In this document: positions 42,402 through 55,691 of the stretch, piece after piece
Layout: each line of letters starts with the position of its first letter
Position numbering within the stretch: the stretch's first letter is position 1
DNA from: Octopus sinensis
Lineage: Eukaryota
NCBI RefSeq assembly: GCF_006345805.1
Contig: NC_043000.1
Span: 102,486,001-102,550,000 of the forward strand
Length of the DNA stretch: 64,000 nucleotides
Direction of reading: 5' to 3'
The notes under the pieces: generated by a model
Told to the model about the DNA's origin: nothing
What the model saw: only the letters and a program-made list of their open reading frames with translations
Databases searched by the model: none
Program-made: the position numbers and the translations under genes

Positions 42402-42545
42402 CTGTATATATATGCCATTATGATATTTATTCTCCGGTTTGAAGTGACAGTTCTTTAAATATTGCACAATGAGTCTTCCATGGTAGCTTTCTCTCCGTAA
42501 CTCGCAAAGCCTTTCGGGTTTGTTTATAGTTATTATATATGTGTG

Positions 42546-42576
<31 letters not shown>

Positions 42577-42699
42577 ATTCATATACACATACACACACAC
42601 ACACACGTATTTATGTGATTCTTTTACGGGAATAGTGGATCTCGAAGTACACATAAAGATATAAATTAAAGCAACTAAATGACGTCGACAGTACATGCA

Positions 42700-42760
<61 letters not shown>

Positions 42761-43499
42761 CTATGTGTCTATGTATCTATGTATATACAAGCACACACAT
42801 CTATATAAATGTATATATGCATACATGTAAATATGTAAGTTTATATATAACCACATGCTGACATATACACATACACACACTCTCACACACATTCACACAT
42901 ACACACTCTCTTATAAACATTTATATACGTATAATCTATGAGCATGAATATCCATAATCATCTATAATTTTAAATGAATATAAAAATATACTCAATATCC
43001 TCGTCAATAAAATATATTGTTGTCAAGGCCAGATGCGGTTGATTACAATGCTATCATATTTATTCTAATTTTAAAAATGTCATTAAAAGGTCAGTTTTCT
43101 TTTTTTATCTCTTGCTTTAATATTTATAATTATATTTCCACAATAAACGTAATTACATTTTTCCGTATATTTAATAACATTTTCTTTAATGCAGTTTCGT
43201 AGGATTACATCTAATTCAAGGTGACCTTCGAATATAAAAAGACTTCCCACCTCTACTCTCCATTAGCGTGTATTCGGTAATGTCTTCCGCTTTCATTTAC
43301 AAACCATATAACATTTAAATCTATAAATAATATAAATGTGTGTGTATATGTGTACGTGTATGTCTGTGTGTGAGAGAGAGTTGTATGTATACATTAATTT
43401 TTTGTTTTTTTTACACCTGTCTAAAAATGAGTTTCCTTTATGTGACGTGTTTGTTTGTGTCTTATAATTTAACAGTTTGGCCATATGTATTGATTAAAT

Positions 43500-43805
43500 G
43501 AATTGGTTGTTCCTTTTCGAGCCATGCCTGGCTCATAAGCGCCTGTATCCCCGGTTTCAATGGTGTATAGGTTCCCCACCTGGACGGGACGCCGGTCTGT
43601 CATAGGTGAGCTGCTAGATGCAGGAGGAAAGAATGAAAGAAAGTTGTGGTGAAGGCGTCTGCAGAAGTTCGCCATTACCTTCTGCCGGAGCCGCGTAGAG
43701 CTTAGATGCTTCGCTCATAAACACACACATCGCCCAGTCCGAGATTCGAACCCGCAATCCCTGGACCGCGAATCCGCTTCTCTAACCACTAGGTCACGTG
43801 CCTCT
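43500..43805 (-). mobile_element. tRNA-headed SINE (family D)
   Basis: Minus-strand head aggcacgtgacctagtggttagag..gggttcgaatctc (A/B boxes). The tail carries gaccggcgtcccgtccagg. Confidence 0.7.
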
Positions 43806-43857
43806 ACGATTAAATGACTACCAGAGTTTAATAAGCCCCGGAATGATTCGTCTAAAG

Positions 43858-43990
43858 CAGGTGTTCTCAACCATTTTTTAGCCTATGGACCCCTTTGATT
43901 ATCGTTTTATTCCGGTGGACTGCCATAGACATTCACTGTTTAAAAACAAGTCCCATAAACACGTCTTTTAAAATTCCTATTTTGTATTCC
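43858..43990 (+). mobile_element. hAT/Charlie-like terminus
   Basis: gtctaaag|CAGGTGTTCTCAACC..ggacccct is typical of a hAT 5' end. No matching other end was seen. Confidence 0.45.
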
Positions 43991-44120
43991 GTCCATTCAC
44001 TTGCGCAAGTTGTGCAATAGAACTCTCTGAGAGACCACACTTCAGTAGCCAGAAACATGTAAAACGTGAGAGAAAGAGATTTAGTTGTTTCTTGCAATAA
44101 AAACAACTAATACAAGAATT

Positions 44121-44400
44121 TGATCATTTCCCTTTCAACGGCAGATCGAGAAATTAATTTTTTGTAACTAAACACTTTCAAACTTCGAGCACTGGTAGAA
44201 TATGTCATATAAAACATCTTTTATACTTAGTGTTGTTGAGAAAAGTTTATATTCTCAAAGTTATTTCATGTTAAAGTAGTCGTATTTCGGTAATTTCAAC
44301 CAATGAATGACGTGTGTTCAGCTGAATAAAATTACTGCTGTTGTTTGTCAACAACAACTTCCGGTGGATGGGATATTTCGTTTGTCACTAAGTACCATTC
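44121..44400 (+). mobile_element. MITE remnant related to the 61884-62322 element
   Basis: Shares tcaacggcag..gtaactaaacact..aaacttcg..actggtagaat..aaaacatctttt..aatttcaaccaat..tgacgt. Confidence 0.6.
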
Positions 44401-44569
44401 TCTGGGTCTCTATAATTAGTACATAGTGACGAGCCGAAGCCAGACGACTACTAATCTCGTGAGACGGTAGGCTTCGGCTTGTCACTGGGTACTAATTACT
44501 GAGACTCAGAGAATGGTTCTCGTGTTGTACAAGCATTTATCACTATAAACCCATAACGTACTGATGACA

Positions 44570-44720
44570 ACAACTAGCGACCCGACCAGGAGAGACTTGC
44601 TGATCTCTTTGCTATGCACTTTGTCGAGTAACATTACCCCAGAAACCCTTCGGAGAAATCCCATTTCGGCCATTTGTATTTGTGATCGTACTCTTTCGGT
44701 CATTATCCAATGTCTATAAG
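44570..44720 (-). mobile_element. RTE-clade LINE fragment
   Basis: WIMTERVRSQIQMAEMGFLRRVSGVMLLDKV. Confidence 0.7.
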
Positions 44721-45374
44721 CCACCTTGAATTCGTACTTTATTTATCCATCCTAAAACAATGGAAGATCAAAGTTGACTTCGGTGATATTTTAACTCAAA
44801 GCGTATAGTGTCGTAACAAAACCTGTAACTTCCTATACTCTGGTGACCCTTCCAATAATGTATCTTCCCTTAAATAGACGAATGACAATGGTGATGCAGT
44901 CAGAAATGGATATGAATTCCAGTTTCCGACCATATCTTATCAACTTCACCTGAATTGGATAACGTAATTTTAGATACATTTTCGGAAAATATGATGAAAT
45001 GGCCATGGCTGGGACGCTTTCATTACAAATAGGTTTAATCAGATTTGACAGGGACTAAGCAGCAACATGTACGTATTATTAGAAACTGGAGAATAAGGCC
45101 TATCTACAGTTACTTGTTTTATTAGTAATAGCGATCAAATTTCTGTAACGTTTGCCGAAGACAAAGTCTTCTGATAAACCAACGAAAGTTACTTAGCCTT
45201 CTAGAAAGAGCAACCGAACCTCCCTCACATCACTTTCTAATTTACTAAAAAAGAAAGTACTCGGTGGTAAAAAAAAAAGGGGGGGTGTAACTGGATTGTC
45301 TCCGTTGCAACATTTTTGGTCAAAGGTTTGCTTGATCAGAGAAGGTTTGTGGCTAAAGAAACATTTTTTTTTAC

Positions 45375-45529
45375 AGGAGCATGTATGGCTGTCTGGTCAA
45401 GAAGCTCGCTTTGCAACTGCGTGGTTTCGTGTTCAGTCTTATTGCGCAGCACCTTGGATAAGTGTCTTGAACTAGCTCCCCGCCGACCAATGGTAGGTGG
45501 AAAATGAATGAAAACCCGTCTCATATGTG
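45375..45529 (+). mobile_element. SINE family B 5' half (3' half at 48066-48296), split by the Gypsy element
   Basis: Head and core end at the internal (TG) tract. The matching 3' half (caacttagcggttcggcaaa..aaagataaaagat) resumes after the LTR element. Confidence 0.7.
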
Positions 45530-48065
45530 TGCAGTAGTAGTAGTAGTAGTAGTAGTAGTAGGAATATATATTCGGCACCAGGTGTTGACGTGGCTGCGTA
45601 TATATTATTACAAGAGTTCATATAGAGATGAAGAATAAATTCAAGAACAATATATTTACTATATAAAAATATTTTTTATTTACTGGTCGATGATGATACA
45701 TAATCAAAATGTAGAATCTAGTTGAATGAAGTAATCTATGCAAGGAAGTTCAGAGACAGGAAATATAGAAATAACAGCGAAGTGGTGGCTTTCAGTCATG
45801 TAGCATAGAGAAATAGTCGGACATAGCAATGACGTAAATGACTCAAAGTCTAATTGCTAAGCTTCTTGAATAATCAATAATCACGTCTCATAATACAGAT
45901 GCTTCGAGAAACTTAGAAAGGGAGGTTACTCTATAATCCTTTTTTGCAAGGGAGATCATTCAACTATTTAGCTACATAGACCACTACACACACCCTAGGC
46001 AGAGTAACGTTATACTATAATGAAAATAACAAAAATATATACATCATGAAATGTCAAACTATAGAAACAATATCACAGTTCAAATGTAATAAATGTTTGT
46101 TAAATTCTTGGGCCAAATCACACGTCTACTGCTTTTAGTAGTCATAGTTTATGAAGTTGTGTGTAAAGGACGCATTTGTAATGCTGTGGGTGTGTTGTCT
46201 GTTGTGGGGTTGGAAATAGTATTTTCAATATGAGCCCTTTTTAGTCTGTCAACATAAATAGTGCCTTTACGACCGTTAAGGCCTAAGGTGAAAAGCTTAT
46301 CTGTACAAGAAAGCACATGAAAGGGTCCTCAATACGATACTGTTAAAGGGTGTTTAATGGCATCGTTGTGAACAAAAACATGAGTCCAGGAAGAATAGTC
46401 TTTAGGCAAATATATTTTAATGTCTTGTTTTCTGGTGATCATATGTGGTAACTTTGACATATAATCACGCAAGCGTTCAACGAAATTTGTCGTGTCGATC
46501 TCTTGCGTGTTTGCAGGAACAATCATCAGACCAGGCAGCGTCAAGGAAAATCCATAAAGTAATTCTGCAGGAGAATATCCAAAATCCTCTTTGATAGCGG
46601 AGACCCAAGAGAACAACAGGAAGAAATTCAAACCATTGAGATGAATCAGCAGAAGCACACAACGCAGCTATCTTTCGATCATACCGTTCGAAGCTGGGTT
46701 GTAACTAGTGGAATGCATGTGTTTACTTCCTAAAATCTTGGTTAGTTCCTGGAAAAGTTTAGCTTCAAATTTACGTCCGTGGTCTGTTTTTATTTTTACA
46801 GGTGTTCCGAAACGCGAGATCCATCCTGTGACTAAAGCTTGTGCCACAGTTAGAGAAGAGATGTCTGTGAGTGGAATGACTCCTGGCCAGCGGGGAAAAC
46901 GATCAATACAGGTTAATAAAAACGTGTAGCCCTGACTTGCAGGCCAAGGTCCTACTATATATGTATGTGCTGGAATCGTGCATTTGGTGTTGAAAAAGTA
47001 TCTAACGGTGCACGAATATGTTTATGTACATTGGATCTTTGACAATAGACACAGGTACGGGTCCAATTAGCTATGTCTCGACGCATGTTCGGCTAAACTA
47101 AACGAGCTGAAATAAGCTTCAATGTTGCTGTTATACCAGGATGTGAATTATTGTGTAGTGCTGAGAAAACGATACGCGATGATTTTCAGGAACTAAAGGG
47201 CGAAGTTTACCAGAAGAAAAATCCCAAAGGATCTGTTTGTTTGATGTCGCAACTGGGAAATATTGGAGGTCGAAAGGACTTAATTCTGGTTGTTGTATAT
47301 TATTCAAATCAACGGATGATTGATCTTCCGGCATTTCGTCCAAGTTAATTTCTGCGGTTGAAAATAACGCGTTTACATGTAAACGGGATAAAGAATCTGC
47401 TACAATGTTCTCGGAACCTGGAATATATTGTATATCACTTGTGAATTGTGAAACGTAATCCAAATGTCGAATGTCTCTCGGAGAAAACGTATCTGGCTTG
47501 CGAAAGCGAAAGATAACGGCTCATAGTCCATAAATATTGTGAAGTTTCTCCCTTCCAAAATGTGTTGGAAGTGTTTAACTGAGAGGTAAATAGCTAACAG
47601 TTCACGACTGAACGTGCTATATTTAGTTTCAGCTGGTTTTAACTGCTTAGAGAAAAACGCCAGGGGTTGCCATTCGCCATAGTGGATTTGTTGAATGACT
47701 GCGCCGACGCCAATTTCGGACGCGTCGACTACAAAAATTAGGAATGGGGTGAGTTAACATGGAAACACGAGAGAGTTTCTGTTTAACATCGTCGAAAGCT
47801 TGTATTTCAGCGGGAGTTAAAGTGATCTTTTCTCTACTCTTCTTGCGGTGTTGCAGTAATTTGTTGAGAAGGTATAGTTTCAGCACAATGAAGTATAAAA
47901 CGTCGATAGAAATTAGCTAATTCAAGAGAAATGCAATGCTTCTTGAATAATTAAGAATCACATCTCATGGTGCAGATGCTTCGAGAAACTTAGTAAAGGG
48001 AAGTTACTCTATAATCCTTTTTGCATGGGAGATCATTCAACTATTTAGCTACAGAGACCACTACA
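45530..48065 (-). mobile_element. Ty3/Gypsy LTR retrotransposon, internally deleted (RNase H + integrase)
   Basis: LTR 45530-45988 and partial LTR about 47938-48065, both ending ..gaccactaca, with a TGTG TSD. RNase H VDASEIGVGAV..PLAFFSKQL..YSTFSRELLAIY. Integrase LLTCIDRFPRW..WISRFGTP..TDHG..YNPASNGMIER. Confidence 0.9.
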
Positions 48066-49109
48066 TGTGGGTGCGTGTGTGTGTGTGTGTGTGTGCTTGC
48101 TCACAGCACTATCACCTCTAGGTAAGCGTTGTTGGTTTGTTTGCGTCTCCGCAACTTAGCGGTTCGGCAAATGTGGCGATAGGATAAGTACCGGTTTTAA
48201 AAATAAGTACTGTGGATGATATTTTTTCGACGCAGCGCTTCGACGCAGTACTCAAGCCTGGCCGCAATCCAATGACAGAAACAAAAGATAAAAGATGCCA
48301 AAGAATAATCGCGAAGAAAACATTAAGTGATGACTAATGAGCATCTTAATGAGAGAATGCTCTATTGAAAATCTTACCTATTTCTTATTCCTTTCATCAC
48401 AATAACCTAACTATAAATAACACTTTATGGTTATGTCTGCGTAAATGAAAATCTCTTACATTAGTAAATGACCATCAGTTTGTAAGACGAGGACTGAGGT
48501 GTACAGTCGATTAAATAGATTCCTTTCCAAGAAAACGTGATGCCTTAGGGCCACCATACTTAATAAAGTACCTCAAAAATCTGCATGACTCAGAATAATT
48601 ATGCGGTGGGCAGAAGGCAGCATTAGTTCAATGACATTGTTGTAATCTGGCTTGTCAAGTATGGACGACAACTCGGGATATATTTCCTTATTCGGTCTCC
48701 TCGGCAAAGTATAGCTTTCACCATTCTTGAGACACTGTGAGGAGAGCCTCATTATATTGATGTTTAATATAGATATTTGTTTTATTCTTATTCAAAACAT
48801 GAAGATATAAAAGACATCCATTTCATCCGATAAACTAGTTGGCATTAGGAAGAACATCAAGTTGGAGAAACCATGGACAAATTGAAATGTACCGGTGGGA
48901 CGTAGTCAGTAACTCCAAATAAGAATTTGACCGAAACAATATATGAGCCGGCCAACCAATACCAGCAAATAAAGCTGATGCAGAATGATGATGGTGATGA
49001 AGATGGAGGTGTAGCAGTTGTTGTTGTTGTTGTTGCTGGTGTTGGTGGTGGTTGTAGTGGTGGTTGTGGTGTTGGTGGTTGACGCGCGCCTGGGGTGCGG
49101 CCGGCCCCA

Positions 49110-51140
49110 TATGCGTGCGTGTGTGTGTGTTGTGTGTGTGTGTGTGTGTGTGCGTGTGTGTGCGTGTGTGTATACATACATACACACATGCATGCATGCA
49201 TGCACGCGCGCAAACACACATACCTACATACACGCACGCACACACACTTACACACATACACACATACATACATACACACATACACACACACATACATACC
49301 TACACACATACATACACACACACATACACACACATACATACACATACATACATACACAAGACATACATACATACATACAGACAAACATACACCCATACAC
49401 TCACACATACACACATACATACACACACACATACATACATACACACCCACATACACACGCACAAGCATACATACACACACACACGCATACATACATACAT
49501 TACACCCACACAACTCCAGAGGAAACCCCACGCACACACGCATACATTCACACACACACACATACGTACACACACATACATACATATATTCATGCTTTCA
49601 TTCATACATATATACATACACACACAAACATACACATACACATACACACACACATACATACACACACACATACATACACACATACATACACACATACATA
49701 TATACACACATGCATACACATGTACATACATACACACACACACATACATACACACAGACATACATACACACACACATATACGCACATACACATATACATA
49801 CACACATGCATACACACACATATCCATACGCACATGCATGCATACATACATACACACACATACATACACACATACACGCATGCACACATACATACACACG
49901 CACATACATACATACATACACACACACACTTACACACATACACACATACATACATACATACACACACACATACATACATACATACATACACACATACATA
50001 CATGCACACACACATACACACATACATACATATACATACACACACACACACATACTTACATACACTCATACGGACATACATACACACAGACATACACACA
50101 TACACACTCACACATACATACATACATACATACCTACATACACACTCGCATGCACACGCGCACACATGCATGCGCGCGCGCACGCACACATACATACATG
50201 CATGCACGCATGCCTGTGGGGTCTGGCTTTATTTCGGGCGTACGTCGGAGCGTGTGCGTTTGTGCCTGTAGATTCGCATGCGCCCGCACCGCGAGAGTCT
50301 TTTCCATCAGTCTTTCAGTTGCGAAGTGTGTCCTTGCATGCATATATATACACACATATAAACATATAAACACACATATAAACCCCTACATTTGTACACA
50401 CATGCACATACATACATACATTCACTCCCATGCACGTACACACACACATTTAGATATATATACAATACACGCACACACACATACACACATACAAACACAC
50501 ACTAATTCACATACACACCGACACATATACATACACACAACATATACCTCCACGCGCACGCACATATACACATACGTATACACATATAAGCACAGACACA
50601 CACATACATACGCACACCAAAACATGCGCACACATACGCACGCACACGCGCATAAAGAAACTCACAACCCCACGGATACACGCATATACATCCATTTACG
50701 CCTACACACACACACATACAAACGCACATACATACACACGCACATACATACACACCCACATACACACGCACACACACACAAATGAACCCACACATACATC
50801 CCATACGGCACACAACCACACATACACGCACACAATTATACATACGTATATATGCACACACACGCACGTACAAGCACACACGCACACCTACACTAAGTTA
50901 AGCACAGTTACTCGCCATACACACAAAGAAACGCACACGTACACACACACATACTACAACAAAACACACACACGATACATATACACGCACACACACATAC
51001 CTCCCTGTTTCTGACCTGCCTTTCTGACTAGCTACGGTACTCCCACACCACCCCTTAATTCTACTACTGCCTGCTACTAGCCATTGTCCACCATACACAC
51101 ACACACACAGACACATACACGCACACACTCACACACACAC
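49110..51140. repeat. About 2 kb degenerate (CA/CATA/CG) microsatellite
   Basis: Seen directly. It is the source of the 417, 573 and 424 aa spurious ORFs. Confidence 0.95.
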
Positions 51141-51315
51141 ACTTGTCATCTCGCACACCTATTTTACCATTCCTTCTTTGATATAGCTCTCTTGTTTTTA
51201 AAAACATTTTCCTCCATTTTTACCACTTCCGTCTTTTTAGTATGTGAACTCGTGAATACCACCGGGGATTTTTTATTCCTCTGTCCTCCCGTCTCGGGAT
51301 CTTTCCTTCTCCCAT

Positions 51316-51350
51316 GTTTCCGACGAAGAGCTCAGCTCGAAACGTCAAAC
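51316..51350 (+). ncRNA. Minimal type I HHR-like motif (U4C variant) in a PLE-type 3' module (about 51222-51448)
   Basis: GTTT-CCGACGA-A-GAGC-TCA-GCTC-GAAAC-GTC-AAAC, with loopless palindromic stem III (ACGT). The module ends in (AT)n. Confidence 0.6.
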
Positions 51351-51445
51351 CCTCCTTCTTCCCTTCTTTCCTGAGCGTCCAATAATACTTTATTTGTTCC
51401 ACATCCTTGCGTTGTTGTCTTTTTGTTTTCTTGTTTGGATTAACT

Positions 51446-51512
<67 letters not shown>

Positions 51513-52121
51513 TATATTGTTATTGTATCAACCCGTGGAAAATTGAAAAACAAACTCTGCTGGATTTGGATTCAGAGTTTCGACCGTTAGACGCCAACTT
51601 CACAGTCATCGTATTAATGAAATAACTTTTACGAAGTTAAAAGGATGAAAAATACAATAAAATAACATTTTACAGTATTTACTTCCTTCCTTCCAGAATC
51701 TAGTTTGATTGAACCACTTAAAGTTAGCAGTATGTGTAAAATTTAATCAATAGCGAAACAGTAAGATTATAAAATCACAAATTCTGTACTGATTTACACT
51801 TTATTATGGCGGAAACAGCAAGCCTAAGAGATAGGTGAGAGAGAGGGGGATAGAGAGAGATAGAGTGACAGACAGACAGACAGACATACAGAGACAGAGA
51901 AACAAAGAAAGAGGAAGATGGAGTCAGAGAGAGAGGGAGAGGGGTGGAAAGGGGGATCAAATAGCAAAGTTCAGCTGTCAAATGTGATAGCTAAGAATCA
52001 TTTTGTAAAAACAATATATGAATGTACATAAGCATACGCAAGTGATACGCAGATACATAATCATACACATACATACACACAAACACACATACACATACAC
52101 ACACATATATATACATGCACA

Positions 52122-52212
<91 letters not shown>

Positions 52213-52363
52213 TATACGAATATAAACATAATATGGATACACATACATACACATAAACACACACACATACATATGCACTTACGAACCATGTGTGCATGTA
52301 TTAAAATATATGTGTATATATACTTTAATGTGCATATACAAACATATAGATTGTACATACATG

Positions 52364-52402
<39 letters not shown>

Positions 52403-52851
52403 TCACTCACTCACATACGCGCGCACGCAAACTTAATGTATCAACCTCTTCGTCTCCATCTAATGTATTATGGATAAGTCAGTGTTGCAGAGCCCATTGC
52501 TCTCCATGCTTGCTTGATACAATTTAATAGACAGAGTGAAGCAGTGTATCAATGATCAGATCATAGATGAACGATGAAATATTTGAATACTTTATGAAAG
52601 ATAAAAATCATTTCCAGTATATTATTACATACATTTAAAAATATTAATAGAAACTGTACTTCAGCCCTAGGTTAGCTTTGATTAAGTTAATAATGTGTTA
52701 CACATTGTGTCCTTGCCCGTTACAATACTGCCTTTATTCAAACATTTTGCATCAAGGACTCTTCAGACATCTTGCCAAGGCCTATAACTTAAACAGCGGG
52801 TCCTTAATTCAGCGAGAAATGCAAAGCATTCCGATACATTAATTTAATATC

Positions 52852-53125
52852 ATGTGAAAAGAGAGAAAACAGACAGCTTCTGACAACGCGTAAAGTTTTA
52901 TAAAACCTTTATATTTCGGGCTCAAAAGTCCATCTTAAGAAGAAAAGTCCATTAATGTAGAATCCGTTAAATTATTTAAACTCGAGTTTGAATCTTCTGA
53001 AGATGGTCTTTGGAGCTCGAAATATAAAGGTTTTATCAAACTTACCACATTATCAGAAGCTGTCAATTTTTTCTCTTTTTACATTCTTTGAGGTTACAAT
53101 ACTTCGAGCGAACTACAACGCTCTT
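52852..53125. mobile_element. Head-to-head inverted PLE-like terminal module with HHR motifs
   Basis: Imperfect inverted repeat 52852-52943 / 52993-53084. The right arm has TCTT-CTGAAGA..GAAA-TATA-AAGG and runs about 40 nt further. ATTAATTTAATA flanks it at 52838 and 53126. Confidence 0.7.
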
Positions 53126-53381
53126 ATTAATTTAATAGCTTCACTACAATATATGATCATATAATATCTATTACATTTTATTTTATTCAATTTCAGTGCA
53201 ATAGTTGAATGTGGTTATTTAAAACTTTAAAACATTCATGCAAATCCGGTACCCAAGATAGACTTTCTGCTTCATACGTTTTATTATTGGAGCAACGGGG
53301 TATATACCAACGCGCCTGAAGCAAAGTATGGCCGAATTTGGGATCTTGTGAAGAAAATGCATATCTTAACTCATATTCAAC

Positions 53382-53434
53382 AACTAATCGCGATATCGGG
53401 GACTATAAAAATCTGCAAGACCTTCTTCAGATTT
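53382..53434 (-). ncRNA. Decayed HHR-like motif
   Basis: aaat-CTGAAGA-aggtct..agtcccc-GATA-TCGCGA-TT-agtt. GAAA is mutated to GATA and stem III is palindromic. Confidence 0.35.
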
Positions 53435-53547
53435 AAAGGTGATGGTTAAAAGAAGATACTTTCCTTCACATCCTTGTTACCAAGCAGGTGGCCGGTCGAA
53501 ATTTGCTCCAAAATTAAAAAGAGAAAGAGAACATACACACATACATA

Positions 53548-53605
<58 letters not shown>

Positions 53606-53699
53606 ACACACACACAACACACACTTACATACATAGACATAAATACTCGACGCGACAAGTCGCGTATTTGGTGTGCGAGACTATTTATCGAAAATACAA

Positions 53700-54430
53700 T
53701 GAATACTATCTCTAACTTTGGAGCCGCAGCTATCAGCCTTGTTAAATAACTGGTTAATCTTCAGATGAATTAACTGAGGGAGCCTTGTATTCACGATTGT
53801 TGTGATTTTCGACTGAAACTTGAACTTAGCATGCAGAGAGTTGCTACAAACAACATGGCTGGACACAACATCAACAATAACACAATCGAGAAACAGAACG
53901 AAAACAACAGCTGAACAGATAAACACTTTCTTTCTAGTTGTAGTTATAGAAGAAACCGTAACTACAAAACTCATTTCTCTTGGAGTTATGAATTCAATAA
54001 TGATCTATTTAACTTCTGCGAAAAAGCGAAACAAAACTTCGCTGCTGGCTATATGAATCGATTGAAATCATATTGGCACAATCTGCATCCAGAATTAAAT
54101 CATTTTACAACAAGGCAACTACGCCAACAAGCAACATTTGTAGAACATAGAAAGAAGGTTAGTAACTGTAACTTTATCAAAAAATCGAAAATTAACCTTC
54201 TTTCCAACTCTATAAACAAAAACGAAAACGTGAATGATATAGGACCACCACGTGGTTTCGCTGCTAGCGACATTCCAACAGATTCCATAGTGCCTGCCAG
54301 CCAAACTACATTACTGGCTCAAGTAACTGACCACTGTCCCTCTACTATGACTATGGTAAATAGCAGGCACAACCGCAACGATTATTGTGGTAGTAGTGGT
54401 AGAAAAATCTGTAAAACTATCCAGAAGTTA
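53700..54430 (+). mobile_element. Possible 5'/N-terminal remnant of an RLE (R4/Dong-like) retrotransposon
   Basis: YMNRLKSYWHNLHPELNHFTTRQLRQQATFVE resembles the GY..M...W...P....Q.L..Q N-terminal motif of R4/Dong ORFs (from recall). Confidence 0.4.
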
Positions 54431-54699
54431 ATCATTTAAATATATATGAGCATGTCTAGATATGCAGATATATGCAAGAGAATACATACATAAAACATAC
54501 AAATCTGCACATATACATACATACATACACACATACATACTCACACATAGTACATACATACGTACGTACAAAAATACCCTGTTGTTAATGTTGAAATTTC
54601 AATGAAGGAGCCTTGGATCTAGGTTAGAAACCGGCTCTTTCTCTATTGGCAAGAAATCTTGAAATAAAACTGAATAATAACATACATACATACATAATA

Positions 54700-54769
<70 letters not shown>

Positions 54770-55307
54770 TAGGTAAACAGTAAAAATAATTACAGACATG
54801 GACAAGAACATGAAACACCACAGAGACGACACAAGAACCACAGGACGGGACATTCGAAGCCCTCAGTCATCAGTCAAGAACCAGATCATCTTAGCAATTT
54901 CGGCACACACACACACCCATATATGTATACGTTTGTATGAAGGGCGGGAGTGGTAAGGTAGCAAGTTGAAGGGGTGCCTTGGGTGGTACAGATTTTTGCT
55001 ATGTCACTGTCATTCTCTTAACGCTTTCTCAATTTTGTTTTTGTTAATTCTTTCCCCTGTTGCTTCGTAAAAGATTTTGTGATGTGTTTTTATGTTTTGT
55101 TTTTCTTTCTTCTTTTTCGCATATGAATGGAAATATCATCCACAGATATATACTTTGCATTTTGTTGACAATTTTATGCCACGTCGTTTGTACAGTTAAT
55201 CACTGCGCTTCCCGAACTCGACTTGCAGCGCTGATTGCATGCGGCGATACATGTCTGTGTCCAGGCTGTTGTTATATCAGACATCGTACTACCCAAATAT
55301 GTGAACA

Positions 55308-55691
55308 CTAGCAGTATCGCCCGGCGTTGCTCGGGTTTGTAAGGGAAATAACTATAAAGCATTTTTAGAGAGTTATAGCCAAAAAATAGCAAAAAAATGG
55401 AAAAAAAAATGATGGTAAATTTTTTTGAGAGTTAAAAAGGTCGAGTTGCACCCCCTAGACAGTCTGTGGTTTGTGTTTCTGATTCTCGACCCCATGTCGA
55501 ATTTATCGATTTTTTTCAGAGCTGGGGGAACTTTTCAAAATTTTAGCTGCGTTAGTTTTGAATTATGACATTGGGCTATGTGTGTGTTAAGTTTCATCAG
55601 AATCGGTTGAAAGCCGTGGTCAGGGTGAGGGTACAACCTAACAGACACACAGACACGCACACAGACAAACTGCCGTTTATATAGAGAGAGA
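55308..55691 (-). mobile_element. Non-autonomous Helitron
   Basis: Minus strand starts TC (tctctctctatataaacgg) and ends with hairpin CCCGAGC-AAC-GCCGGG then CTAG. Inserted between A and T with no TSD. Confidence 0.85.

Noticed and set aside
49018-50785. Long ORFs of 417, 573 and 424 aa
   Set aside because: They are translations of a degenerate (CA)n tract that lacks stops by composition, with no domain content.
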